This document shows, one piece after another, positions 11,474-22,384 of a stretch of DNA of 34,173 bases. Position 1 is the stretch's first letter. Every line of letters begins with the position of its first letter. The stretch comes from Neophaeotheca triangularis (lineage: Eukaryota). The position numbers were made by a program, and so were the translations under genes. The stretch lies in the NCBI GenBank assembly GCA_054600435.1, contig BAAIJX010000108.1:1-34173 (forward strand), written 5' to 3'. The notes under the pieces are model-generated. The model was not told the DNA's origin, made no database searches, and was given only the letters and a program-made list of their open reading frames with translations.

Positions 11474-13429
11474 TCACGTAGCGGGAGATCCTCCATTGTA
11501 GGGTGCAGCCCAGCTGGGAGAGTTGAGGGCAAAGGCCATGATGCACCCAGAAATAACGGCAGTGCAGGGAAGAGTGAGGATCCATCCCATGTACGACCAC
11601 ACGACCATGCGCCAGTTCTGCAAAAGCTAGTCAGCAATTTTATTCAACACCACGAACCCTAGATCGGAATGAAGCTTACAATGGCCTTGTAGTCTCCAGC
11701 GCAGAGACCGACACCAACCGTCGCACCGATGATGCATTGCGACGTCGAAACCGGAAGCGACAACCTCGTGGCCATGACGACGGCAATGGCGGCCCCGAGC
11801 TCCATGCAAAATCCCCGCGATGGCGAGTGAAGGGTAATGCGGTTGCCCAGGTTGCGCATGAGGTTGTAGCCATAAGTCCACAGGCCGATTGTAATGGCGG
11901 CACCTCCAAAGACGAGAATCCAAATGGGAACGTCGGAGCTGCTGTCGGCGATGTCTTCCTGCCAGATTTGGTAGATTGCGGCAAGTGGACCCATGGCGTT
12001 TGCGACGTCGTTGGCACCGTGGCCGAAGGCGGCGGTGGCGGCGGTCATGACTTGGAGGAAGGAGTAGAGGTGCTCGACTTTGAGATCGTGGTGCTCGACT
12101 ATGGCGTGCTTGTGCTGGAGATTGTTGCCGACGAGGAGGCGAGTGAGGGCTTTGCTCTTGTCGGCGTTGCTCTGTTCAGAGGCAATGTCCATCGCGACAC
12201 CACGGAAGAAGAAGTATTTTGCACGACTGAGAATTTCGATCGGCTCATACCATTTGCGCTGGACGGGGGCGGGTGGTGGTGCGTCTGCGACGGCGGGAGT
12301 GGCTGCTACAACGCTCGCCTGCCTCCCGTAGAGGTTGCCTTTCTCGTCCGCACCCTCTTCCCGACTACTCTCCTCGTCACTGGAAGCGCCAGAAGCGGCG
12401 GAGGTGGTGGAAGTCTGAGCCGCAAGCTGCTCCTTGGTGTAGTGTCCAGCGTAGTAGTCTGGAACAAGTCGCATACCTTCGGGGATAGGACCAGCGTCGG
12501 GGCGGCGGAGGAGCAATGGACCTTTGATAATCTCCCACTGCTTCAGCTTCCAGTCCTCCCGAGTAAGCTTGACGTGGGCATAAGGTAAAATGAAGATGCA
12601 AGATAACAACGCGCATCCGCCAGCGACACCGAAAATGGTTCCAACAGTTTGGCCGTCGCTGAAGTTGTCAAGATCGAGTGACGCCGCGCCCTTCCAGACG
12701 ACAAGCATGGTGAGAATGCCGGTGGTAACGGCGTAGAAGATTGGAACCATGACCATGGCTGTTCTCAACTGCTTTTCGGGCGTCGATCGGGCGAATGTGG
12801 TGTATTTGGTGGTGAGGTAGAGCAGAGCTGCAAAGGCTGCGGAAACACATGGGGCAATACCCCAGGCAGCGAAAACCTGAGAGACACCTTCCCAGCTCCA
12901 ATCAACACCATTAGCGCCAAGGCTGGCCATGCCAGCGCCAATGATGCCACCGACTGAGATGCTCGTTAGTACATAGCTCAGGGAAGGATGCAGCGAGCCG
13001 TCAAGACTTACTGATGCAGTGGGTTGTGGAGACAGGAGCGCCAATCTTCGTCGCGAGGGTCAGAAAGAGAGAAGAACCGATGAGCGCGCACAACATGGCC
13101 AACATAAGCACGCTAGGAGCATCCGTGTAAGAATCTGTAGAGACGATTCCGCTCTTGACGGTACCACCGACACGTTGACTAGGTATATGGTCAGCAAAGG
13201 ACTTTTTTGAGTATAGCGATACCTTAACTTCGACATACCCAGCGAGGACGGCACCAAGGAACTCCATCACCGCAGCAATGGTCATGGCTTGGATCATCGT
13301 CAACGACCTTGATGCGACCGAAGTCGCAAACGAGTTGGCGACATCATTTGCGCCGATATTCCACGCATCGAGGAAGGCAAAGCAGACTCCCAATCCGAAA
13401 ATGTAGGAGAATTGAGGGAGCGCGGCCAT
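11474..13429 (-). CDS. PHO89: PiT-family (PHO4 domain) Na+/phosphate symporter, PHO89/Neurospora pho-4-like (about 591 aa)
   Basis: Exons 13429-13239, 13178-13012, 12953-11680, 11617-11474; introns 13238-13179, 13011-12954 and 11679-11618 all GT-AG. Duplicated PiT signatures IGANDVANSFATSV and HGANDVANAMGP; PVSTTH and PVSTSQ; SPSRGFCMELGA; INWRMV..Y.GWILTLP. Confidence 0.95.
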
Positions 13430-13948
13430 GGTTCCCGTATTGCTTCAATTGTATGAATTAGGGAAAGGCGGATAAGCCGAGAGGTAAACTCTAGAAAGAG
13501 TGCAGAAAAGAACAAACGTTTCGAGTGGCCCAAAAAAATAATACTTCAGCAGGACTCGAGGAACGTCTTATACGCGCGACCTCACAAAACGCTCTCTCTT
13601 CGCAGAAGGCCAGTATTTCCAACGAAAACCATTGCATCGACCACGTTCTTCAACTCGAGCCATCGCCATGACTTTCGAATAGCTTGTTGCCACACCACGA
13701 CGATGATACCGGTGAGAGATGTGAAAATCCTTTGCGACAAGTCCTGGGCAGTCGCCCCGTCCAGCGCCCTGAGCGCCTGCGGTTCACGTCTGGTCGCCTT
13801 GGGCCCTCCTTAGCATTGCACCCGGCTTAGCCTAACAAAATATCTAGTCCGGTCTAGAGACCCTGAAGACAATGGCGTGTTGTATTGCGTGAATCGACGT
13901 CTCCGCCAGGCTGCGCGAAGACTGTCGGCCATACGAATCCAGAGTCGT

Positions 13949-13960
13949 GCCCACGTGGGC
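13949..13960. promoter_or_regulatory. Pho4/NUC-1-type E-box in the 12-bp palindrome GCCCACGTGGGC
   Basis: CACGTG at 13952-13957, about 520 bp upstream of the phosphate transporter ATG; CACGTT variants at 13642 and 14403. Confidence 0.55.
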
Positions 13961-16900
13961 TTTAGCTGAACTCGCCTGCCGCTGCTTTCATTGCCCAGTC
14001 TCACTGATAGTCAACTATTTCTAGGCGACAAGGTCAATCCTCTGGGCTCCTGCTTGTGGTAATGTCGCCGACTGGTAATCAAAAGATTTTGCTTTGCTTC
14101 TAGAATTGGGTGCACGATATCGCCATGGCATCGTGTGCGGTCGGAGGTGGCAAGGCCGAGAAAAGGGTCACCTCGAAAGAGTTGTTTGATGGTCCAAAAT
14201 GTTCGGACGACGAGTCGACGCCAGTTGCAAAAGACTCGTGTCGTCCATAGTGTGGAGACGCTCTCATATATGTGTTGGGGGGTTTGTAGGCAAGGCAAAC
14301 AAAGATGGAGGAGGCTACCTAGGTAGGTCGGGTACCTTAGATGTGGATTCGGCCACCGCCCCCACACATTCAGCATCGACGTCTGAGGCCGCACCCTCGA
14401 AGCACGTTTCAGAACCTTTCTAACAGGTAGCCGACACCCAGCATCCTCAGGCCTCGGCGAGTCATCTTCAATTGCCAGGTATACACGATATCGAGTCCTT
14501 CTTGCAGTACAGTCAGTAAGGACTTCTGAAGGCCGCGTAAATACCTTCAAGATGGACCATTAAGCGATGATCGGTACGACCCAACCGAAGAACAACAGAA
14601 ACACGAACCTCGCGCACATTCACGGCAGCTGCAGTTACTACCTATAGGCTACTAGCAGAAAAGAAGAGGCCTGGAGCGTTCAGATACCGCTCGATACGCT
14701 CACGATACTGCCTCGGCCTCGACCATGTTATCCCAAGCTTACACAACAGAAGGCTAGTCCCTTGTTCTCGAAATCACCCCGTCATCTAGCAGGGGTCTAC
14801 TTTCTGCTGTAAAGCCTTCCTGGGTGCCGGTACCGTCTAGCGTGCGATCTTGGGGGCTGTCGCGAGGAGAAGCTGCCGAGTGCTCAGCTGCTGGAGACGA
14901 AATGAGGTCAAACGACAAACCGACACCGCGTGCACAACGGCAAAGCTCCTACCAGCGTGGCGGCAGTTCATTGCCAGTCTGCCCATCAACCCGACCTCCT
15001 GGATACGCAACTGTAGTCGTGGCCTTGTCCTCCCCATGTACGTATCCCCCCCACCACACACACAAATCATCATTTCCCTTCGTCCAAAGACAGCGACCTA
15101 TCGATCTGGCTTATGCCATCGCCTTTATAGTCATGCGATTCCCCACGGGCTGCTATGTCTTTTCGGCTCGTAGCCTCCAATTGAGAGCACCCTTGACAAC
15201 GCAAACATCTGGACTGACGGCACTGTGCAAGGTTTCACGATCATAATTCTTCGCAAATTAAGGTAAGACAGCCACCTAACATGAACTAACGGAATTGTGA
15301 TCAGCTCGTGTGATGCTATCTAGCAACAATGCCCTCAAGGATCGCAACTGAGACATCCTCGAGGATATTTCTTCCCAAGACAGCTTGTTTCACACCTCGT
15401 CAAAGTCTATGACCTTTACCGATAATGCGAATTAGTCTTAAGGCCCTGCCTTTCCGCGGCATCGCGCGAGGTGCCGCCACCGCCTGTCTGGCTTCCACGT
15501 CCATATCTCTCAGTGACGCTAGACCGAACAAGAGAAAGAGCATTGCTGCGTCTTAGACAGCTGGGATAGCAATCAGGCATCTGCCCCGAACAGGGAGTAT
15601 GCCTGATGGTTTGCTTCATACCAGTCCCATATGTTCGCAAAATTGGCGTAATACCGTGCCATCCCTATGGGTGAAATATGAGCCACACTCTCAATTTTGT
15701 CGAGGGCTTCAATGTATTGAGCTGCAGCGACGCATCCATGTGGTGTTCCAGGAACGGCTGCAACCGACTTCAACGAATCGCACACGCACCGTCCTACTCT
15801 CTTAACAAGGGCAACAGATAAACGCATTCGGGAAGTATTAAAACGCCGGCGAAATTACTTTGAGGACCGGTATCTCGGAAATCAAGAAAAGCTCGAACTT
15901 ATGGGCCAGCAAAAGCAGGACTGTGCGATACCACTGGATCCGCCCTGCTCAGCTTCGAGTGTCAGCCGCTCAAAGACAGTTTTGGCACGCTCTCGGAGGC
16001 GGAGCACGCGCTATCACGTAAATCATGCTGGGTTGTTTTTACACTTGATCGGGTGCTTCTTCAGCTCGCTTCTAGGAGCAAGTGGTCATAGGCCTGTGGC
16101 CATCTACTGCGGACATGATGTGCTATGGAACCTCACGGACGTAGATCGACCTCCTGCAGGCAGCGGGGTCTATTTGGGCAGACCAGGAAGGACCTAGGGG
16201 TCCGTACGTAAGGCTTCGGAAGAGCGAAGTAGCTACAGTCGAGCGGTCACTTGTGTCGGCGCCTCCGCTAGACGGCCACCATAGAAGGATGGCTAGATCG
16301 TACACGAGGCAATCGCTGCAACGGACCCGTCGAGCTCGGTCGAGGTGATATTGGCGAGACGGCGGAGCTGCAGTGTGACGATCAACAAGTACCATTAGAG
16401 TTGCCCGCTGAGGAAGCTGGTAATGTACACCCACAGCACAGGATTGCGCACGCGCAGGATATCAAATAGAAGCGGCACTCATATCAGGCCAGACAATAGT
16501 TTCCCAGCACTGCATTCATCTCGCGACAGTCTACACTGTTACTCGAGTGTTTAGGACGCATATTGATAGACTGACATTGGCACCAAAGGCTACTGGACAC
16601 AATCCTGCCCAATTTCATTGACCTTCTCCCTCATGCGAGACGCCGCCATTGCCTCAAACACTAAGATTGTATCGTTCTCTCTTATGCTCCTGGTTACTAG
16701 TCTGACATGGTCGACTTGCCAACCCGCCTTATCAGTTGCGTACTTCAAATGCCGAACAGCCGTGAAGCTGCAGCATTTTCTCACCCATCAAGCTTTCCAA
16801 GGTTATCCCACCCAATGATACTCCAGAATATTCGTGGGTGATGATGTGGGGAAGCGCATCGAACTTCAACGCAACCTCCAGGTCTTTTTCCGTCCGACTA

Positions 16901-17090
16901 CGGCGGCGAAGGCGGGCATACTTTCTACGCCCTTTTACAATCTCACTGCCATTCTGACAAGCTATTCATCACTCTCGTTACTACAGTCATCCATATTCTC
17001 GCTTCAATCTCGTATCTCCTGCTCCTTACAGCGTGCAATGGATCTAGAAACCCGTGATCCACCACGCTCGCTTTCACCGATAACGTCACC

Positions 17091-18700
17091 ATGTTTCATA
17101 CCCACCAGGACGACGAGCCTGCTCGCGAAGAACCGCAACTAAGATCCACGGACGCTGGCCGACGCAAGTCCAGCACGCATTCCCGTATCAATGCCGAGGA
17201 TGCCGTTGAGCGGGCTTCTCTCCAGGAGGCCAGCGAAGAGCATGAGCCTCAGCATGAAAAGCAAGCGACTCGCGCTTCGCACGAGCTGAAGCGGACGACT
17301 AGTAAGGCGAGCAATGTTCTAGAGCGGGTGGCTTCTCGCGTTACTACTCGCGACCTATTTGATCCCGGGCCGCCGCCTGATGGAGGCTTGAAGGCATGGA
17401 CGCAGGTTGCAATGGGTTGGATTGTGATCTTCGCCACTTGGGGCTACGTGAATTCGTGAGTTGCTCAGAGCACCCGACGATTTATACCCCAAACAGCAGT
17501 GCTAATATCGCTAGCAGTTTCGGAGCTTTCCAAGCCTACTACACAACCTCCCTAGATCAATCCGCTTCAGCAATCAGCTGGATAGGTTCGATCCAAGTAT
17601 GGCTAACCTTCTTCGTCGGCGCCTTCTCAGGACGCCTCCTCGATGCGGGAATGTTCCTTCCCACCTTCTTCATCGGCACAGTCCTCCAGCTGATAGGGAT
17701 CTTCATGATGTCCCTAAGTACCGAGTATTGGCACCTGATGCTAACCCAAGGCATCCTCACGGGCATCGGAGGCGGCATCTTCTTCACCCCTTCCATGGGC
17801 CTAGTCGCCACCTACTTTTCCAACCGGCGCGCCCTGGCCATCGGTCTCGCGACGACCGGAAACTCGGCCGGCGGCATGATCTACCCGGTCGTGGTGCGAG
17901 AGCTACTGCCAAAGCTCGGTTTCGCCTGGACAGCCCGAGTGCTCGGCTTCCTAAACATGGCCCTCCTAGCAGTAGCTCTAGCCTTCATGCGTCCCCGCCT
18001 CCCGCCACGCAAATCCGGCCCCGTAATCGACACGACCGCGTTCAAAGAGAAAATCTACATGACCTTTGTCGCCGGTATGTTCTTCGTCATCTGGGCCGTC
18101 TACTACACTTTCTACTACGTAAGCTCACCAACCCACCCCTCCTACACCTCCAACCACCCGCCCCTAAACCCACTAACATACCTCCCCCAGATTGCCTCCT
18201 TTGGCGTCGAAACGCTCTCCCTCCCCTACACCTCCAGCACGCTGCTAGTAGTAATCCTCAACGGCGTCGGCATCCCGGCACGCATAATACCGCCCTTCTT
18301 CGCAGACAAAACAGGGCCCCTCAACATTGTCGTCCCTGTCCTCTTCCTCGTAGCTTTAGTGCAATTCACCTGGCTCGCCGTTTCAGACCTACCGGGTTTC
18401 TACGCTTTCACCGTCGTTTATGGATTAGCGAGCGCCGCTTTCCAGTGTCTGATTCCCACAACTGTGGCCAGTTTGACCAAGAGGTTGGATATGGTGGGGA
18501 CGAGGTTGGGCATGGCTTTTAGTATTTTTAGTTTTGCGGCGCTGACTGGCCCGCCGATTGGAGGCGCGCTGCAAGGGGCGGATGGCGGGGATTATAGGGG
18601 TGCGCAGCTTTGGGCGGCTGTTAGTGCTTTGGTTTGTGCTTGTTTGGTGGGGTTGGCGAGGTGGTTCATTGTTGGGTGGAGTTTAAAGAAGAAGTGCTGA
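17091..18700 (+). CDS. MFS transporter, monocarboxylate porter (MCT/Mch-like) family (about 491 aa)
   Basis: Exons 17091-17455, 17518-18118, 18191-18700; introns 17456-17517 (GTGAGT..CTAAT..TAGCAG) and 18119-18190 (GTAAGC..CTAAC..CAG). MCT motifs PPDGGLKAW, WGYVNSFGAFQAYY, ISWIGS, GRLLDAG, YFSNRRALAIG and GTRLGM..LTGPPIGGAL. Confidence 0.93.
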
Positions 18701-20257
18701 TGCTGGGGTTGTGGGACAGAAAGGGTCGGGTTGTGGTTTAGGGTTCGAGGTTGGCTTGAAGGCATGGAGTTGGCGAGAAGATTTATCCTGGAGGCAGCTT
18801 GGTGGCCACCTTCCGACCACTGCGCGTATATACATCTGGAGTTGAGCCGTTCTCTCCTGCACGCCCCAGAATCTGCTCCAGAACGCAAGCAAGCTTTTCA
18901 CCAGCATGAACACGTGGGATGCCATGCTATGTTCCAGTCGTCAACGGTTCTAGCCACACTCGATCGACACTGATAATGATTCGTAGGGCTCTCCCAGTCA
19001 TGCTCCATAGAGCCGACCGTAGCAATCGGGTAATTGAAGTACATCAATACTAGTACCTATCAAACTATAATGCTGACGCCGGTGGGGCTCAAAGTTGCCT
19101 TGAAATTCTTACTTCACCTCGTTTGCTCCACGTCTCGTACTCCTCGGGGACTCGAGGCTTCTAGTCAACTATAAGATCGAGTATGCTCAGTCCTGATAGA
19201 AGCGAGGCAAGGCCACTCCAAGACGCCTGGGTCAGTATGCCGAGTACCTTGGCCTACCTGCCACGCGTACGAAGCAGCGCTCTACCGAACGAAAACGATA
19301 GTCCAGGGCGCTCGCATGGGCAGTCGCCTGTAATGCTACTCGGCTTAGTGGTTGTACGCTTGTAATTATGGTATCTGCTAGTGACCGGGAAGGCTCTTTG
19401 CCTACCGTAGTGTTCTCCTCTCTACTCAGTAATCAACTTCTCTAAGCTTTGCATCTTGACGGGCTAGGCGAGGCTTTGCGGGTTCTTGGTCGTGGTTCCT
19501 TTGGATGTATCCACTTCCGCCTTCATCTTCACGCCGGGGCGAAGCTTGCGATGGATGATGCAGTTGGCCGTATGAAATGGTCGTTGCCGTTGTTGGCGAG
19601 TGTTGGTTTGTGTACTTGCATGAGCGGAAAGTATGCTACGAGCTTGCGACGCCACGGACGGACGCCACAGTAACAGAATGGGCGGTTTTCGGTAGATAAG
19701 AAGTACCTGGTATAAGAAACCCTACCTAACTCCCTTGCCCTCTTGTCGTTGCTTAATGGGGAAAGCATTCCAAGGCCGAACGAGACTCTCGAAATAGCGG
19801 CATCGAACCCAAACAACTGTCGATTGTCTCTCCCGCTTTCTCCATTCGTCATCTTCTCCTATACCTAGGGTAAGAAGTAGCAGGAGGTACTGTCGGGCGG
19901 CGTCTTCCTTTATCTCTAGATAACCTCACCTCACGATCTACACTCGGTAACAGCATTGGCAAAGTCTAGATTTAATTTGCTACGACTTGCAACTTCTCCC
20001 GCCTTCACCCCACCCCATAACTTACATTGGATCCGCTCCTGCTTCGTCGCAAACCTCTTCAGCTCCAGGTGTAGGATCAGATGGTTCTATACCTAGGTAT
20101 ACTCATTACAGACCCTCCTCTTCACCCCTCCTCTTCCCCACCAAACACCGCATGAACTACGCGGGTCTTCACTCCCGGAAATCCTCGCACAACATCAGCG
20201 CCCCGCCCCGACCGCAACCCAATCGCAAGCGAAAGTCTCGCCAACCAACACTCCTAA

Positions 20258-22384
20258 ATGCTTTCTTTCTTCCTCCTTCTGACATTCCTCTCCCACCTCT
20301 CGCAATGCCTCGCCGTCTCCTCCGGAAGCGATAGCTCCCGCCCCCTGCCCTTTGACGAAGCAGTCGACAACGGCACCTATGGCTACTATCCGACCAACAC
20401 CCACGCCAGCAACACCAAAGTCCGATCCCCACAGGTCAATTGGCTCACGTGGCACGAAGAATGCGATGACGGGCTGCTCTACTTCATCACCCCGCGAGGA
20501 TGGAGTCTGCCGAGACCGGGTCCCATGATTCTGGATGCAAAGGGGGAGATGATATGGTCGAAACACTTTGACAACGATTTCGGCGGGCAGGCTTACGATT
20601 TGCAAGTGCAGACCTACAAGGGGGAGCAGTACTTGACCTTCTGGCTTGGGGATGATCGAATTCGCGGTCATGGAAGTGGGAGCTATTACATGTTGAACGC
20701 GAGTTATGATATCGTATATCAGGTTGGCGCGGTCAATGGTTTGTCGGCCGATTTGCACGAGTTCTTGATTACACCAGAGGGCACGGCGCTGATGACCATG
20801 TACGAGATTGTGCCCAGTCCGAGTGATCTTTCCGAGTTCCGTAAGTTCGACGAGGAGAAGAATAAGAATGACAAGGAGCCGAATTGGATCTGGGACTGCT
20901 TGTTTCAGGAAGTTGATATTGAGACGGGGGACCTCATCTTCCAGTGGAGGGCGTCGGAGTATGTGAACATAAGCGATACATGGCATAATGTCGGACAGGA
21001 CGGGAATAGGAAGGATCCTTTTGACTGGTTCCATATCAATTCTGTTGAAAAGGACGACTTGGGTAACTATCTCATTTCCGCTAGGTACCCGCACAGTATC
21101 ACGTACATCGACGGTAAGAGTGGGGAGGTGATATGGATTCTGGGGGGGAAGAGCAACGCTTTCATGGACTTGTCCGGTGGGTCTTCGATCGATTTCGCCT
21201 GGCAGCACGATGCGCGCTTCATGCCTGCGGAAGCTTTCAAGGACGTTTACACCCCGCCTGAGAAGAGGTCGGGTTATGAAACAAGGCTGATCAGTTTCTT
21301 CGACAACGCGGCCGAGGACCAGCACTACGAGTATGGTCTAGCCTACTCCCGCGGCCTGTTGCTGGAAGTCACTTACCCTACCTCTCCCACAGACGCAGCG
21401 CCAGGGCCGATACGCGCGGACCTCGGTCTCGAAAAACGTAACGACGACCTCAACGCCGCCAAAGTCGCCCTCATCAATGGTACAAACCCCGACTACAAGG
21501 TGCGAGTCATCATGTCCTACGAGAACCCCCAAACCATCCGCTCCAGCAGCCAAGGGAGTATGCAACTCTTACACCACAACAACCCCACAACAACCCAATT
21601 CCCGCGAGTCCTAGTCGGCTACGGCCTCAACGCCGTGCTAACCGAATACGCCATCAACGGCACCGTAGTCTGCGACGCCCACTTTGGCGCTCGTACCTCT
21701 TGGGAACGCGGCGACATCCAAAGCTACCGCGCCTACAAAGCGGCTTGGAAAGGTCTACCAAACACCCCACCCAAGGCCGTCCTTGAAGAAACCTTGCCAG
21801 GACAGACCACAATCCACACCTCCTGGAACGGCGCGACCGGAATTCACAGCTGGCTACTCCAAAGCTCCTCCGACGGCCACACCTGGGAGAACCTCGAAAC
21901 CGTCCCCAAAACCACGTTCGAAACAACTTTCCACCTCTCTCCATCCTCTGTCTCCTCTTCCCGCTACCTCCGCGCCCTAGCCCTTGATCTCGCATCCCAA
22001 CCTCTCGCACCCAATGGCTTTTCAAACGTCATTGACCGCGGCTTGTTGATCTCGTACCTCCCGGGTCTTCAGAGGACTCTACCATCGGCTCTTGTTGGGG
22101 GACCGGCTGTTGTCAAGAGTCTTGCGGTAGTGGTTTGTGGCGCGATGGTTGGGCTTGGGGTTTTTTGGCTTTTCAGGGCGGTCTTGGTTTGGAGGCTTGG
22201 GAGAGGGGGCGGGGGGGCTTTTAGGTGGAGGGGGGTTGGGTTGGCGGGTTTGGGTGGTTTGGGTGTGAGTGGGAGGAGTGGTAGAGGGGGCAGTGGGAGT
22301 TGGGGTTGGAGTGAGGCCGAAGGTGGGAGAGAGAAGGTTGTCAAGGGGGGTGTTGGGGTTAGGGAGGGGTTGCTTGGGAGGTAG
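20258..22384 (+). CDS. Arylsulfotransferase (ASST-type) protein with signal peptide and C-terminal membrane anchor (708 aa)
   Basis: Single long ORF. ASST motifs GPMILDAKGEMIW, VQTYKGEQYLTFW, DLHEFLIT, FQEVDIETG..F.W.AS, DWFHINSVEKD..GNYLISAR, W.LGGK, FAWQHDARF, SQGSMQLL, SYRAYK..W.G.P and SWNGAT; hydrophobic helix near the C-terminus. Confidence 0.9.
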   Translation: MLSFFLLLTFLSHLSQCLAVSSGSDSSRPLPFDEAVDNGTYGYYPTNTHASNTKVRSPQVNWLTWHEECDDGLLYFITPRGWSLPRPGPMILDAKGEMIWSKHFDNDFGGQAYDLQVQTYKGEQYLTFWLGDDRIRGHGSGSYYMLNASYDIVYQVGAVNGLSADLHEFLITPEGTALMTMYEIVPSPSDLSEFRKFDEEKNKNDKEPNWIWDCLFQEVDIETGDLIFQWRASEYVNISDTWHNVGQDGNRKDPFDWFHINSVEKDDLGNYLISARYPHSITYIDGKSGEVIWILGGKSNAFMDLSGGSSIDFAWQHDARFMPAEAFKDVYTPPEKRSGYETRLISFFDNAAEDQHYEYGLAYSRGLLLEVTYPTSPTDAAPGPIRADLGLEKRNDDLNAAKVALINGTNPDYKVRVIMSYENPQTIRSSSQGSMQLLHHNNPTTTQFPRVLVGYGLNAVLTEYAINGTVVCDAHFGARTSWERGDIQSYRAYKAAWKGLPNTPPKAVLEETLPGQTTIHTSWNGATGIHSWLLQSSSDGHTWENLETVPKTTFETTFHLSPSSVSSSRYLRALALDLASQPLAPNGFSNVIDRGLLISYLPGLQRTLPSALVGGPAVVKSLAVVVCGAMVGLGVFWLFRAVLVWRLGRGGGGAFRWRGVGLAGLGGLGVSGRSGRGGSGSWGWSEAEGGREKVVKGGVGVREGLLGR

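Noticed and set aside
11737..12588. 283-aa + strand ORF
   Set aside because: Antisense shadow of the PHO89 coding sequence with no recognisable motifs.
14011..14550. 179-aa - strand ORF
   Set aside because: Non-ATG start, Arg/Cys/Trp-rich random-like composition and no domain.
17584..17594. GGTTCGATCC as a tRNA T-loop/B-box
   Set aside because: It lies within an MFS exon (WIGSIQ) with no cloverleaf context.
20195..21325. 376-aa - strand ORF
   Set aside because: Antisense shadow of the ASST gene.
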